From the IMG/VR virus record IMGVR_UViG_3300029982_000012: 64,000 bases of DNA; one strand, 5' to 3'. The DNA is from a virus. Both the position numbers and the translations under genes were made by a program. The notes below the pieces were generated by a model. That model was not told the origin of the DNA and did no database searches. It saw nothing but the letters and a program-made list of their open reading frames with translations. Shown one piece after another: positions 10,449 to 20,266 of the stretch; position 1 is the stretch's first letter, and the number at the start of each line of letters is the position of its first letter.

Positions 10449-11021
10449 ATGAAATCACTAATGATTGTTCTAATTGTAATCGGTTTGTCAGCTTGTGGCC
10501 AATTTAAAGGAGCGCAAGGAAATGCTGGAGTAGCTGGCACTAGCGGTCCTTCTGGGGCGACTGGCTCTCAAGGCTCTCCTGGAGTTTCTGGGGCAGTCGG
10601 AGCGACCGGGGCGGCAGGTTCTAATGGTAGTAGTTGTAGCGTAGCAACGCTAGCAGTAGGCTCTGTAGTGGCTCCTAATGGCGGCTCTCTCATCACTTGT
10701 TCGGATGGTAGTTCATCGGTAGTATTAAATGGAAGTGTAGGAGCTACCGGCTCCGTTGGGGCTACCGGACAGACGGGCAGTTCTGGGGCGGCTGGTACTC
10801 CCGGCACAGTAATCACTCCAATACAGTTTTGTGCAGGATTTACACAGAGTTATCCAAATACTTTTGCAGAATCGGGAATTTGTTTGGGTGGTGTAATGTA
10901 TGGCGTTTACAGTTTAAATGGAGGCTTCCTTGCAGAGTTACCGCCAGGTGAATATAGTTCGGATGGTGTAAATGCAAGTTGCACATTCACAATTGGCGCT
11001 AATTGTAGCGTAACTCAATAG
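10449..11021 (+). CDS. collagen-like (Gly-X-Y) lipoprotein
   Basis: Signal peptide with LSAC lipobox, two Gly-X-Y runs, Cys-containing C-domain; own TTGACT promoter. Confidence 0.8.
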   Translation: MKSLMIVLIVIGLSACGQFKGAQGNAGVAGTSGPSGATGSQGSPGVSGAVGATGAAGSNGSSCSVATLAVGSVVAPNGGSLITCSDGSSSVVLNGSVGATGSVGATGQTGSSGAAGTPGTVITPIQFCAGFTQSYPNTFAESGICLGGVMYGVYSLNGGFLAELPPGEYSSDGVNASCTFTIGANCSVTQ

Positions 11022-11593
11022 GAATAATATGGTTACTTATATAATCGTTTTCTTTTGTTACTTTCTTGTTAGTTCTATCTCCATGTTTTCTTTAATGATG
11101 TGTAATCCTTACGACTCTGAAACATGTAATGGATGTCATATAACTGTGTTTGGGGTTTTGTGGCCTGTTTTGGTGCCGATTATACTCTTCAAAAATCGCG
11201 GTAAACTTCTTAAAATAATTAAAGATATTGTAAAATGAGTGACTCAACTTTACGTAACTTATTCTGTTTTTTTAGCGGTCTGTTAATCGGGTTACTAATT
11301 GCCAAGGATGTTTTGTTCAAATAATACTTGACTTAATTTATATATCTTGTTATCCTATTTATGAGGACTTAATATGAATACTAATGCACCTAAAAAATAT
11401 GTCCGCATGAATACATTGGTAAGATATGGGCTTGCCTACCAAATGAACTACGGTAATGGATACACTCCTGAGCAATCGAGTCAGTTAGCCTTAAAACAAA
11501 TAGGCTTACCCTCAGACTTTAAACGCGATGATTACCAATTGATATGTGATGGTCAAAGCCCTGCCGATTACGGGTTAGTGGAAGGATTTTAAT

Positions 11594-11926
11594 ATGACAC
11601 TTAAATTTAACCTAAATGATTCTGTTTATTACGGCGATAAAGAAGGTATGGTTTACGCACTCTATCCCTTGAATGGTGGACATACCCCATTTGTTTATAA
11701 AATTGGCTGGGGTAATGGTATCTATGAAATTATGGGCGAGAATGAGTTATTGAGTGAAAACGAACACTTTATTAATAAAATACGGGGCCAATTTCAGGCA
11801 ACGATACAGGCCTATGGATTCAAAACTCCCATTATTGGTGCCTCAAACTATGGCCCTAAATGCGTATGCGGAGCTCATGCTGTAAAAGATGCTAGGCATA
11901 GTTCGTGGTATGAGATTAAACAATGA
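11594..11926 (+). CDS. hypothetical protein, KFN N-domain plus CxCGAHAVKDARHS tail (paralog of 13984)
   Basis: 29-nt identical segment shared with 13984-14301. Confidence 0.6.
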   Translation: MTLKFNLNDSVYYGDKEGMVYALYPLNGGHTPFVYKIGWGNGIYEIMGENELLSENEHFINKIRGQFQATIQAYGFKTPIIGASNYGPKCVCGAHAVKDARHSSWYEIKQ

Positions 11927-12754
11927 AATTACTTGAATATATAGTCTTAAGGATTTTACTTGGTATATTCCTATTGTTGCTCTGCTATGCACTTGATCAC
12001 AGCGGAATAGAGAAATCATTTATTTTCGCATTTGATTAAAATAATGATTGACTCTTTTAATAGGATATGAGATAATAAATACAAGGGAGAACGATATGAA
12101 TAAAGTATTTTGTGAAGCATTAAAGTTAGCGGCCTATGTTTATGTAAATGGCACTCAAGATAGTGGTCATGGGGATGAATACCTAACTGAACAAGCCAAG
12201 GGCGTTTTAAAAGCGGCTACTGAGCATGGTTTAGTAAGATGGGTTAATAACATGCCATTAGTTAATATTGAGAAAATGACAGGCGAAGTCCCTGCCAATG
12301 GAGACTCCGATGAAGTCAATGAACTTCTGATTAATGGCTATTACTCACGCAAAAAGGATAAATAGAATGAATAAGAAAGAGAAATTAGCAAGACTTAAAG
12401 AAGCAGAAGCAGCAATCAGATTGGTTGAATTCTCCTATCCTATTGGACATCCTATAAGGCACGCATTGTTTCGTTTTGTTGCTAATAATTTCTCTTTTAT
12501 CGGAGAGATGCCCAACATTATAAAATCGATCGCTGAGGAGGACGAAACAAATGAATAATAACTTAGACGACAGGCACTATCGTGAAGAGCTCATTAAGGT
12601 ATTAAGTGAATACGACTTAACTATTAATGAAATCAATGGACCAAAGCACGATCAATTTTATTGGGATCAATTTGAAACAAGTTTTTTGGAAGCTTGTTAT
12701 AAGGTTGCAATGAATAAATTACACGGCGTTAAGATCGTTTAGCGAAAGGGCAAT

Positions 12755-13135
12755 ATGTATAATTTAATCAATGGATATACTAAAAAAGCAATGATTGCAA
12801 AGATTTTAGAAGGTAACAAGGGCTGGAAAAGCACTCGATCTTCTGAGAAAAATGGAACATGTGTTTATAGAGCAAGTGACGGAAACAAATGTGCGGTAGG
12901 GTGCTTTATTCCAGATGAGCTATATGAGCCTGAAATGGACGAGGGTCAGAGTGAATATGATGGAATCGATGCCAAAACATTACTTAAGACATACCCAAAA
13001 CTCAATAATTTCATGCCTTTGGAAGTAGAAGGATTATTGGAATTGCAATCCGTTCATGATGCTTTTATTGATGGTATAGGTGTAAGTTTAAAACAAGCCA
13101 TTGCACATTGGATTGAGAATAATGTTCGGGATTGA
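12755..13135 (+). CDS. conserved phage hypothetical protein
   Basis: CVYR...KCAVGCFIPDELY...LQSVHD motif. Confidence 0.6.
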   Translation: MYNLINGYTKKAMIAKILEGNKGWKSTRSSEKNGTCVYRASDGNKCAVGCFIPDELYEPEMDEGQSEYDGIDAKTLLKTYPKLNNFMPLEVEGLLELQSVHDAFIDGIGVSLKQAIAHWIENNVRD

Positions 13136-13983
13136 TAAGTAAATCAGTCGATAAACTTATCACTTTTTAAAATAAGGAACAATATGAAAGATTGTAAATG
13201 TCTAACATGCGAAAGAGTAATTGTAACTAGCTACCCCTCCGATCGATTTATTTGCCAAGAGTGTGTCTCGTTACTAGAATTGATTTTTAGGGCACATCCA
13301 CACTGGAAGCCAACTTAGATCATAGTTGACAAAATAAGTATTGCTATTTTAAATTGTTTAAGATACAATAAGAAGAGTTCGATAAACCAAAAGGAAGAAA
13401 TATGAAAAAGAAGAAAAAAGAACCTAAATTTAAAGTTAACCCACATAATGTCGCAAAGAGCATGAAGAAGCAACTAGGCGAATTCCATGCCCAGCGCGTA
13501 GTAAGGGAAATAGTTAATTCTAATAAGAACTTTAGCGTCGCCGATATTAATACTAAAGATATTTTTAACCTTGATGAAGTAAAACGCAATCATCGTATCT
13601 GGGAACAAGTCTACCATATCCTCCATAAGTAATGGGGGTAGGGTTAAAATGGAAACTTGCAAGACATTAATCTCAAAAGTGGATTTTAGCAAGGATTCAC
13701 TAGAAGTAAAAATAAATATTAAGTACCAACACAATGATTGGAAGAGACTTGAAGATTTCTTCGAAGGTGACGAAGAGAGGATTACTGAAGCATACGATAG
13801 GATAGCAAATGGAAAATCTAAATTTTTAACCATTTTGGTGGAAGTTGAGTTTGAAAATATGCGCGGAACAGATTGTATGGGTTCGGTATGGATTGATTCT
13901 ACATATACTATTCAGGATTGTGTTGAAGAAAATAAAATGATTTCTAGGGCTACGAGCGATCTATTTAATCGAATGGAGTTAAA

Positions 13984-14301
13984 ATGAATCCTAAATTTAA
14001 TAAGGGAAATATGGTATACTACCGCAATAATCCTTGGCTCATTACTCAATTATACCAATATGTCAACCAACAATTTTATGTAATAGAAGACAGTAATCGC
14101 ATTATGGTTAAGGTTTACGAAGCAGAACTTCTAAGTAAAGAAGATTGGGAATCCAGCCATAAGGCTAGTCAAGCCTTTATTGGAAGAATGGCTTTTGAAA
14201 GAGGCTTATCAGGGAAGGTCGATCAGTATAACGGTTGCTCTTGTGGAGCTCATGCTGTAAAAGATGCTAGGCACTCTACATGGTGCGATATTAAAAATTA
14301 G
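13984..14301 (+). CDS. hypothetical protein, paralog of 11594
   Basis: PKFNKG...CSCGAHAVKDARHSTWC. Confidence 0.6.
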   Translation: MNPKFNKGNMVYYRNNPWLITQLYQYVNQQFYVIEDSNRIMVKVYEAELLSKEDWESSHKASQAFIGRMAFERGLSGKVDQYNGCSCGAHAVKDARHSTWCDIKN

Positions 14302-14318
14302 ATACTTAAAAATAATAC

Positions 14319-14347
14319 TTGACTAATAGTATAATATTTGGTAAAAT
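14319..14347 (+). promoter_or_regulatory. sigma70-like promoter (one of about ten TTGAC[TAG]-17-bp promoters, e.g. near 4095, 5511, 9728, 10405, 11328, 12048, 13327, 16647, 53689)
   Basis: TTGACT-17-TAAAAT. Confidence 0.75.
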
Positions 14348-14353
14348 AAAGTA

Positions 14354-14433
14354 AGACAGTCGGCAATCTCTCCCCCGAAAATGCTGACTCCCTAACCCAG
14401 TATATTGATCCCCCTCAGTATACTGGGGTTTTT
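14354..14433 (+). ncRNA. putative two-hairpin small RNA / attenuated leader with C-rich loops
   Basis: Stem AGTCGGCA/TGCTGACT with loop CTCTCCCCC; 13-bp stem CCCAGTATATTGA/TCAGTATACTGGG with loop TCCCCC followed by a T-run. Confidence 0.55.
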
Positions 14434-14456
14434 AAAAGTTAACAATGAAAGGCAGT

Positions 14457-14660
14457 ATGACAAAGGCGAATGTGAAGTGGTTTAACGACAAAAAAGGTTT
14501 TGGATTCTTAACAGTTGAAGGTGGACAGGATGTATTTGTCCATCACTCTGAAATCCAAGGCGAAGGATTTAAAACTTTAAAAGAAGGTGAGCCAGTAACT
14601 TTCGATCTATATGAAACCCCTAAGGGCCTAATTGGAAAGAATGTTAAGAGGGATGTATGA
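14457..14660 (+). CDS. cspA: cold-shock domain protein
   Basis: [12 protein letters not shown] (RNP1) and DVFVHHS (RNP2). Confidence 0.95.
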   Translation: MTKANVKWFNDKKGFGFLTVEGGQDVFVHHSEIQGEGFKTLKEGEPVTFDLYETPKGLIGKNVKRDV

Positions 14661-15575
14661 ATACGGTAGTTTATCAGGGTGAAGTTGATGTCCTAATCGC
14701 CATTGACAATGTTCGCAAAGAACTTGCAGAGGCTTCTAGACGAGACGCTGATCTAACAGAGATGCGCGAGATTCATGGGCGTCTAGTATCTCTGTACGCC
14801 GTACTAAATATTGACAATATTCTTGTTATTATTGACCAAATTGATTATAAGAGGAGCGCTTAGAATGAAAAGATATGATGCTGTCCTAATTATTGCTCAG
14901 TGCTTGGTAGAGCCACAAGAAGATAGTGTGATGAAAGAAGCTTCTAGGATTCTATACAAATTACAAAAAGCAGGATTGATGCCTCCTTCTATAACTAAAC
15001 ATTATCCAAAAGGAAGTTCTGAAAATAAACACTATCCTTCAGGTATGCTATCCAATACATGGGAAACTGATGAAGAGGAAACATAAAAGTGAATTTTACA
15101 TCGACCAATACAGAAGTGTTTTTGAAATCTAGTAGCAATAATTACAAAAGTGTTTTTTATAAGTGTAATGCCTGTAAGAAGAAAGTAGATATCACAGAAC
15201 TTCAAAAGCATGCAGAGATTCACAATCCTGTATTTAGGTTTCTCGAATGGAATAAAATTCTTAACCTTTATACTTTAAATTTTTGAGGAGATAGTGATGA
15301 GTACCGTACATGAATCAGTGGATACCATTAGAATTACTGGAACCGGCATAGAGTCTTGTGGGTCCACAATAAAGGTAGAATATCCACGAAAGATATTCGA
15401 GCTTTATGATCCCAATGGAGACACTATCTCGTACCATAGTACACTAAAGGGCGCTCTACTAGCAATGCGGGATAAGATTGAACTTGAAACCCCAGGATTG
15501 TGCCATGCATTTGAAGATGATACTGAAATCAAAATAGATTTAAGGTATTGTATTGACTCAATTGAATTAAAAGAT

Positions 15576-15625
15576 TAGTCGTGCTAAGGGGTTCGAATCC
15601 CCATGCTGGCTTGCAACCACGGCTA
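15576..15625 (+). ncRNA. T-loop-containing structured element / tRNA remnant
   Basis: GGGG-TTCGAAT-CCCC hairpin enclosed by TAGTCGTG/CACGGCTA stem. Confidence 0.35.
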
Positions 15626-15628
15626 GAG

Positions 15629-15665
15629 GCCCATTCCTTTATAGGGAGTGGGCTTTTTTATTTTT
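15629..15665 (+). terminator. intrinsic terminator
   Basis: GCCCATTCC...GGAGTGGGC followed by TTTTTTATTTTT. Confidence 0.85.
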
Positions 15666-15758
15666 CCAGAAGTATTTTCTGTGACCAAACATTTTACATA
15701 CGCATAAATTATATACATAGGTTTGAAAGACACATCTTGATTTCATTAGTATTTTAGT

Positions 15759-15774
15759 TGGCACATCTCATGCA
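15759..15774 (+). promoter_or_regulatory. sigma54-like -24/-12 promoter
   Basis: TGGCACATCTCATGCA (GG-N10-GC) downstream of a terminator, before ATG 15799. Confidence 0.6.
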
Positions 15775-16845
15775 TTATATAGTAGTAAGAGGTATGGTAT
15801 GAAACATAAAGTTTGTATTTTTAATGACAGAACAAGGAATATGCATTTGCAGGTTCAAAATGGTGACGGTGCATCTTATGATGTAACAGTTTTGCCTAAG
15901 ACCCATTTCATAGCAGCACTTGAACTTGGAGAAGGTCAGATTCCATATTTAAAAATATGGGAGACAGGACAGGCACTGATTTCATATATTAATCCCACTT
16001 GGCTAGAAGGAGAAACAAAATGAAGAAGTTTAATGAGTTAGATTTAGGACAGCAATCAAAGGCTTTGAAATTTATTGAAGACGAATTGAAAGTATTAATG
16101 CAAGACGCAACATATCAGAATTTCTTTAAGAAAAAAGAAAATTGTAAGGAAATCAGAAAGCATATCAAGAAGATTGCAAATGAGACCGTGTATGACAATA
16201 ACGGAGACATAATGGTTGAAGAGAGTTTGAGGAATTAATGATTAATCAATACAATGACTTCTTAGGGTTCTCTGAACTATCCTTGGCAGCACTATCTAAT
16301 GATGATATGTTAGCATTTTTCAGGGAGAATAGGTTTATCTTTAAGAACCAGAAAGGTAAGAGGGAAGAAGAATCCCTATATACCATTGAAGAGTATGTAG
16401 TAATTAGAGAAGGTTTTTTGAAATGGGTAAAGGATAAAAATGAATAAGGTTAAGAAATCTAAAAACGTCATTCGGTACAATGACAAGGATTGTACCATAA
16501 CTGTAAATGGAAAAGTTGTGGCTACATGGAACGACGAAGCTAATTGTGATTATCCAGAGGATTTAATCTGGGGCAGGGATATTGGGGCACTATTTACTAA
16601 AGCTTTTGAGGCTGGTTACGATTTAGCAAAAGAAGAAAAAGAGTAGTTGACAAGAATGATAATTCATGGGAGAATAGATATATGGACAAGTATACAAGAA
16701 CCTATGACGGATATTATATTGTAGAATACTATACCGATACTGAAACACCCACTTCTAATTCAGGAGTAGTTATCAACATTAAGTCATGGTATCCAGCATG
16801 GTTAGTAAGATTGGTTGTTCGTTATAAGCTATCAAGGAGTAAGTC

Positions 16846-17451
16846 ATGAAACACGTAGCAGTTTATTTGCGAGTAAGTACAGAAGGATTAAAAGGTGGTA
16901 AAGAGCAGACCACTGGTTCTCAACGTTTAGAGATTGAGATTTATCTTAAATCCAAAGGTATTACCGATTTTGTAGCGTATGAGGATTTAGGAATAAGCGG
17001 CACCAAGAAAGATCGCCCATCGCTAAAAAAATTGATGACTGACTGTCGCCAAGGAAAAGTTTCTATGGTGGTATGCTACAAGATGGACCGCCTCTTCCGA
17101 AGTCTCCCCGATTTGCTAGAAACTTTAGCGGAATTCACGAAACTAAGTATAGAGTTCGTAGCCTTGAAAGATGGGATCGATTTGTCCAATGCTACCGGTC
17201 GCCTTATGATGCAGATTCTTGGGGCATTCGCAGAATTCGAGGCAAGCGTAACGAAGGAAAGGGTATTGTCAGGTCTGGCCAACGCCAAGGCTAAGGGCGT
17301 GAAACTGGGGCGTCCTATGAAGACTGGCCATGCGGTTGTGGATAAACTTAAGGGTGAAGGACATAGTGTTATAGAGATTTCAAATATTACGGGACTAAGT
17401 CGGCAGAGCATTTATAGGACTTTGAATAAGGAGAATCGAAATGAAAACTAA
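16846..17451 (+). CDS. small serine recombinase (resolvase/invertase family)
   Basis: YLRVST catalytic Ser, DRP.L, DRLFRS, GRLMMQILGAFAEFE, C-terminal HTH. Confidence 0.95.
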   Translation: MKHVAVYLRVSTEGLKGGKEQTTGSQRLEIEIYLKSKGITDFVAYEDLGISGTKKDRPSLKKLMTDCRQGKVSMVVCYKMDRLFRSLPDLLETLAEFTKLSIEFVALKDGIDLSNATGRLMMQILGAFAEFEASVTKERVLSGLANAKAKGVKLGRPMKTGHAVVDKLKGEGHSVIEISNITGLSRQSIYRTLNKENRNEN

Positions 17452-17683
17452 ATCTGATGATCCAATAACAGGATTTGCATCCCCTAATCCACATGTAGGT
17501 GGTGGTAGCATTGGGTTAACCAAAAGAGAATATTTTGCAGTCATGGCCATGCAAGGTTTGGCGACGAGAGAACAGATCGACGCAAACAGAAATTGGAATG
17601 AGGGTCGCAAGGAAGAGTTATCCTTATATGCCGTAAAGATGGCCGATGCTCTTATTGCAGAACTTAATAAGGAGAAATTATGA
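17441..17683 (+). CDS. conserved phage hypothetical protein
   Basis: GLTKREYFAVMAMQGL...AVKMADALIAEL motif. Confidence 0.65.
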   Translation: MKTKSDDPITGFASPNPHVGGGSIGLTKREYFAVMAMQGLATREQIDANRNWNEGRKEELSLYAVKMADALIAELNKEKL

Positions 17684-17909
17684 AACTCACAAACGAAACC
17701 GATAAAGAACTGGAAGTTAAAGCAGATGAATATGCTGAAAATACTGAGTTAAACTATACTGATGAATTGTCGGAGGCCTTCAAAGCTGGAGCAGCTTACG
17801 GTGAAGCCAGGGCGTGGGAGAGTTTTTATTGGTTGATCGCAAGAGACTTCGGAAGCGGACCAATTAACCCGAATCATTTGCTAGAAGAAATTAAACGCCG
17901 AGGCATCCT

Positions 17910-18815
17910 ATGAAAATCACAAACGAAAAGATTGAAGAGATACTAAGATTAATTAACGAGCTTAAGGGTGTCACGGATTTAGATTCAAATTATTACGATG
18001 TTTATTTTGGGCCAGATACGTACAAGCCATCTTTTAAAGATTTTGAAATGCTCTGCTTGGAAATTCTAGAACACCGCCGCCTCGCAACTCCGGGCGAGGA
18101 TTTGGATAAGAGGATTGATGACGCTGCCATTCTTCACGGCATAGACGACATGGGAATTGTTGGCAAGGAAGATGTGCTCACACCATCGGGATTTAAAGTG
18201 GGAACAAGAGATGTGATTTACCCGCATGTGGAATGCCGGACATCATTTAAAATTGGCGCTCATTTCGTAATCCCAATCATCAGGGCTGAGTCGAAGTCAG
18301 CTATAAACGCGCTGATGCAGGATTATGAATATAAAGTGGAAAACATTATATCGCTTCAACACGCGGCTGAAGAAATGGAAAAAACGTATAAAATCTCGGT
18401 TGATAAAAGAATAGAGCTTCAGCGCAGGATTGATTCTTTATTGCGCACGCTCAGGAATATTTACACCTCTTACTGTCCATCAAATCCTTCAATGCTTATT
18501 GCAGAACAAAATAAATGGATATGTGGTCTAGCAAAAGATGCGGTACTTGATTATGAAGCAAGATCTTTAGTTGACGGTCAACCAGACCAATCTGAAATCG
18601 CAAGCTTGCAGGAGCAGGTGAAAATTTGCGAAGATGCGCTTGAAAAGAATGTCGATTTAGTTCCTTTAGGCGAGCGCCGCGATTGTACAGGATGTGACTA
18701 TGATGGTTATATTAACCAAAATCATCATCGGGAATGCATTCATGTATCCTTATCTGAAGGCCTATCCAAACTCCACGCCCTCCGCGTTCAGGGTAAAGAG
18801 GGACGGAAGGAATGA
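17910..18815 (+). CDS. hypothetical protein (mosaic, coiled-coil)
   Basis: 301 aa; N-terminus MKITNE resembles MKLTNE of upstream 17680-17913. Confidence 0.55.
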   Translation: MKITNEKIEEILRLINELKGVTDLDSNYYDVYFGPDTYKPSFKDFEMLCLEILEHRRLATPGEDLDKRIDDAAILHGIDDMGIVGKEDVLTPSGFKVGTRDVIYPHVECRTSFKIGAHFVIPIIRAESKSAINALMQDYEYKVENIISLQHAAEEMEKTYKISVDKRIELQRRIDSLLRTLRNIYTSYCPSNPSMLIAEQNKWICGLAKDAVLDYEARSLVDGQPDQSEIASLQEQVKICEDALEKNVDLVPLGERRDCTGCDYDGYINQNHHRECIHVSLSEGLSKLHALRVQGKEGRKE

Positions 18816-19168
18816 GTTTAGTTAAGGGAAGAAATAATAAATTGAATTTAGGCGATAAAATAGAATTCACGGAAGAAATGGTTAAATTCTATGTGGAACA
18901 TGTTAACGATTTCTTTTTAGCGCCAGGTGAGAAAGAGGTCGATAAGGAACATTATACCTTGATTGCTGGATTCTATCATGCTTTTCTTACAGGTAATCTC
19001 CCAAAAGGAAAAGTGACTGGATATGGCTCCAACGATTCAGGACCTAAGCCCTGGAATGGCAAGAAGTGGGTTGATCTCAAAGACAAAAAGGTAGTCAGGG
19101 TAAAAGTAAAATTAAAGTATTCTGAATATGAGACTTATGTTTCAGAAAGACATACAAGAAAGATTTAA
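18812..19168 (+). CDS. hypothetical protein, last rightward early gene
   Basis: ATGA overlap with the previous gene. Confidence 0.55.
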   Translation: MSLVKGRNNKLNLGDKIEFTEEMVKFYVEHVNDFFLAPGEKEVDKEHYTLIAGFYHAFLTGNLPKGKVTGYGSNDSGPKPWNGKKWVDLKDKKVVRVKVKLKYSEYETYVSERHTRKI

Positions 19169-19332
19169 TAGTCCTCGTCGTCGTCTTCCTCTTCGTCATC
19201 TATTTTCCATAAAAGTGTTTCTGCCTCGATCATGGCTGACAGTTTTTCATAGATGTCTTGCTGAAGAGTTTCTTGATCGTCTTCATCGCCCTTTACTTTG
19301 ATCGGGTTCAATATAATCTTTAGATATTTCAT
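19165..19332 (-). CDS. small protein with acidic tail (not in ORF track)
   Basis: MKYLKIILNPIKVKGDEDD...DDEEEDDDEDY*, AGGAG SD. Confidence 0.55.
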   Translation of the reverse strand: MKYLKIILNPIKVKGDEDDQETLQQDIYEKLSAMIEAETLLWKIDDEEEDDDEDY

Positions 19333-19362
19333 AGAGTTCTCCTAAGTGCAAAACAAACATTA

Positions 19363-19863
19363 TCATTTATTTGGTTCTTTGTCAAACCCTGATTTACCAG
19401 ATTCTAGGTTTTCTTCGAGTTTCTCCAATTCACCAAAACTCATCGAGCCGCTCTTAGGCTTCTGTATCTCTTTTTTCTTTATCTCGGCCTGAATAGTTTC
19501 TTGGGTAGGTCTTTTCTTCTTAGACAACCGTTGGATTTCTTTATTGAGGACTGCATCTACCAAGTCTTCCATCTCTTCTTTGCTTATTGGAGAGTAACTT
19601 GGATCTTTTATCCTGTAAAGTTGTTCTAGGATCTCATTTAGTTCTTCATCAATGATTTTTGGGGAATACTGGATCTCGTAAAGATGCTGTAATACGAAAA
19701 GGGGATCGAGTTCTCTTTCTACAATGTGAAGTGGCGTATGGAATTTCTCGGAGTACTCCCTACAACGCATCCGATAAATAGATTCAGTTGTTGGATCTAT
19801 AGCACGGGCAATAGCTTTCAACCTGCATATTTCAAATAGATCGTAGAAGGAATTCATTTTCAT
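19363..19863 (-). CDS. putative tail assembly chaperone (second part)
   Basis: Helical acidic protein at the distal end of the tail module; positional inference. Confidence 0.35.
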   Translation of the reverse strand: MKMNSFYDLFEICRLKAIARAIDPTTESIYRMRCREYSEKFHTPLHIVERELDPLFVLQHLYEIQYSPKIIDEELNEILEQLYRIKDPSYSPISKEEMEDLVDAVLNKEIQRLSKKKRPTQETIQAEIKKKEIQKPKSGSMSFGELEKLEENLESGKSGFDKEPNK

Positions 19864-20266
19864 TTAAAAAGACAACGGTGGGGTAGTAATTTTAGGAATT
19901 GGCACAACTTCCCCAATTCCAAACACTGCAGAGTTTGTAGGGACTCCAGTTCCACCCACTCCAACCACAGGATTATAGGTGGGGACACTAGAGGCCGAAA
20001 TATATCCGTCAGGATGTCCAATGGTTGAAACAGATGCGCCATTAGATGGGTTACATCCAGAAGTAATAATCCATGGATTTATTCCTGGACCGGGATAGGG
20101 AGGTTGTTGAGTAGGATTATATGGTTCCTGAAAAGGATTTACCGGAGGATAGTAAACAGGAGCAACTTTAAGTCGTTCAACTTCACCCTTCAAAAAATTG
20201 ATTAATTCATTTTGCAACTTGATAATTTGATTAAGATATTCAGTTTCTTTATTTTCAGTACTCACA

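Noticed and set aside
11870-14273. DGR template/variable repeat pair or CRISPR repeat
   Set aside because: Only two in-frame coding copies, flanking differences are not adenine-specific, and there is no reverse transcriptase or spacer array in the window.
5271-14456. Shared MKGxxM N-terminal peptide as a protein motif
   Set aside because: It is the translated RBS (TGAAAGG); the true starts are the downstream ATGs.
15588-15619. attP core (tRNA 3' end) for the nearby recombinase
   Set aside because: T-arm-to-CCA spacing is non-canonical, and tRNA-targeting integrases are typically tyrosine recombinases, not small resolvases.
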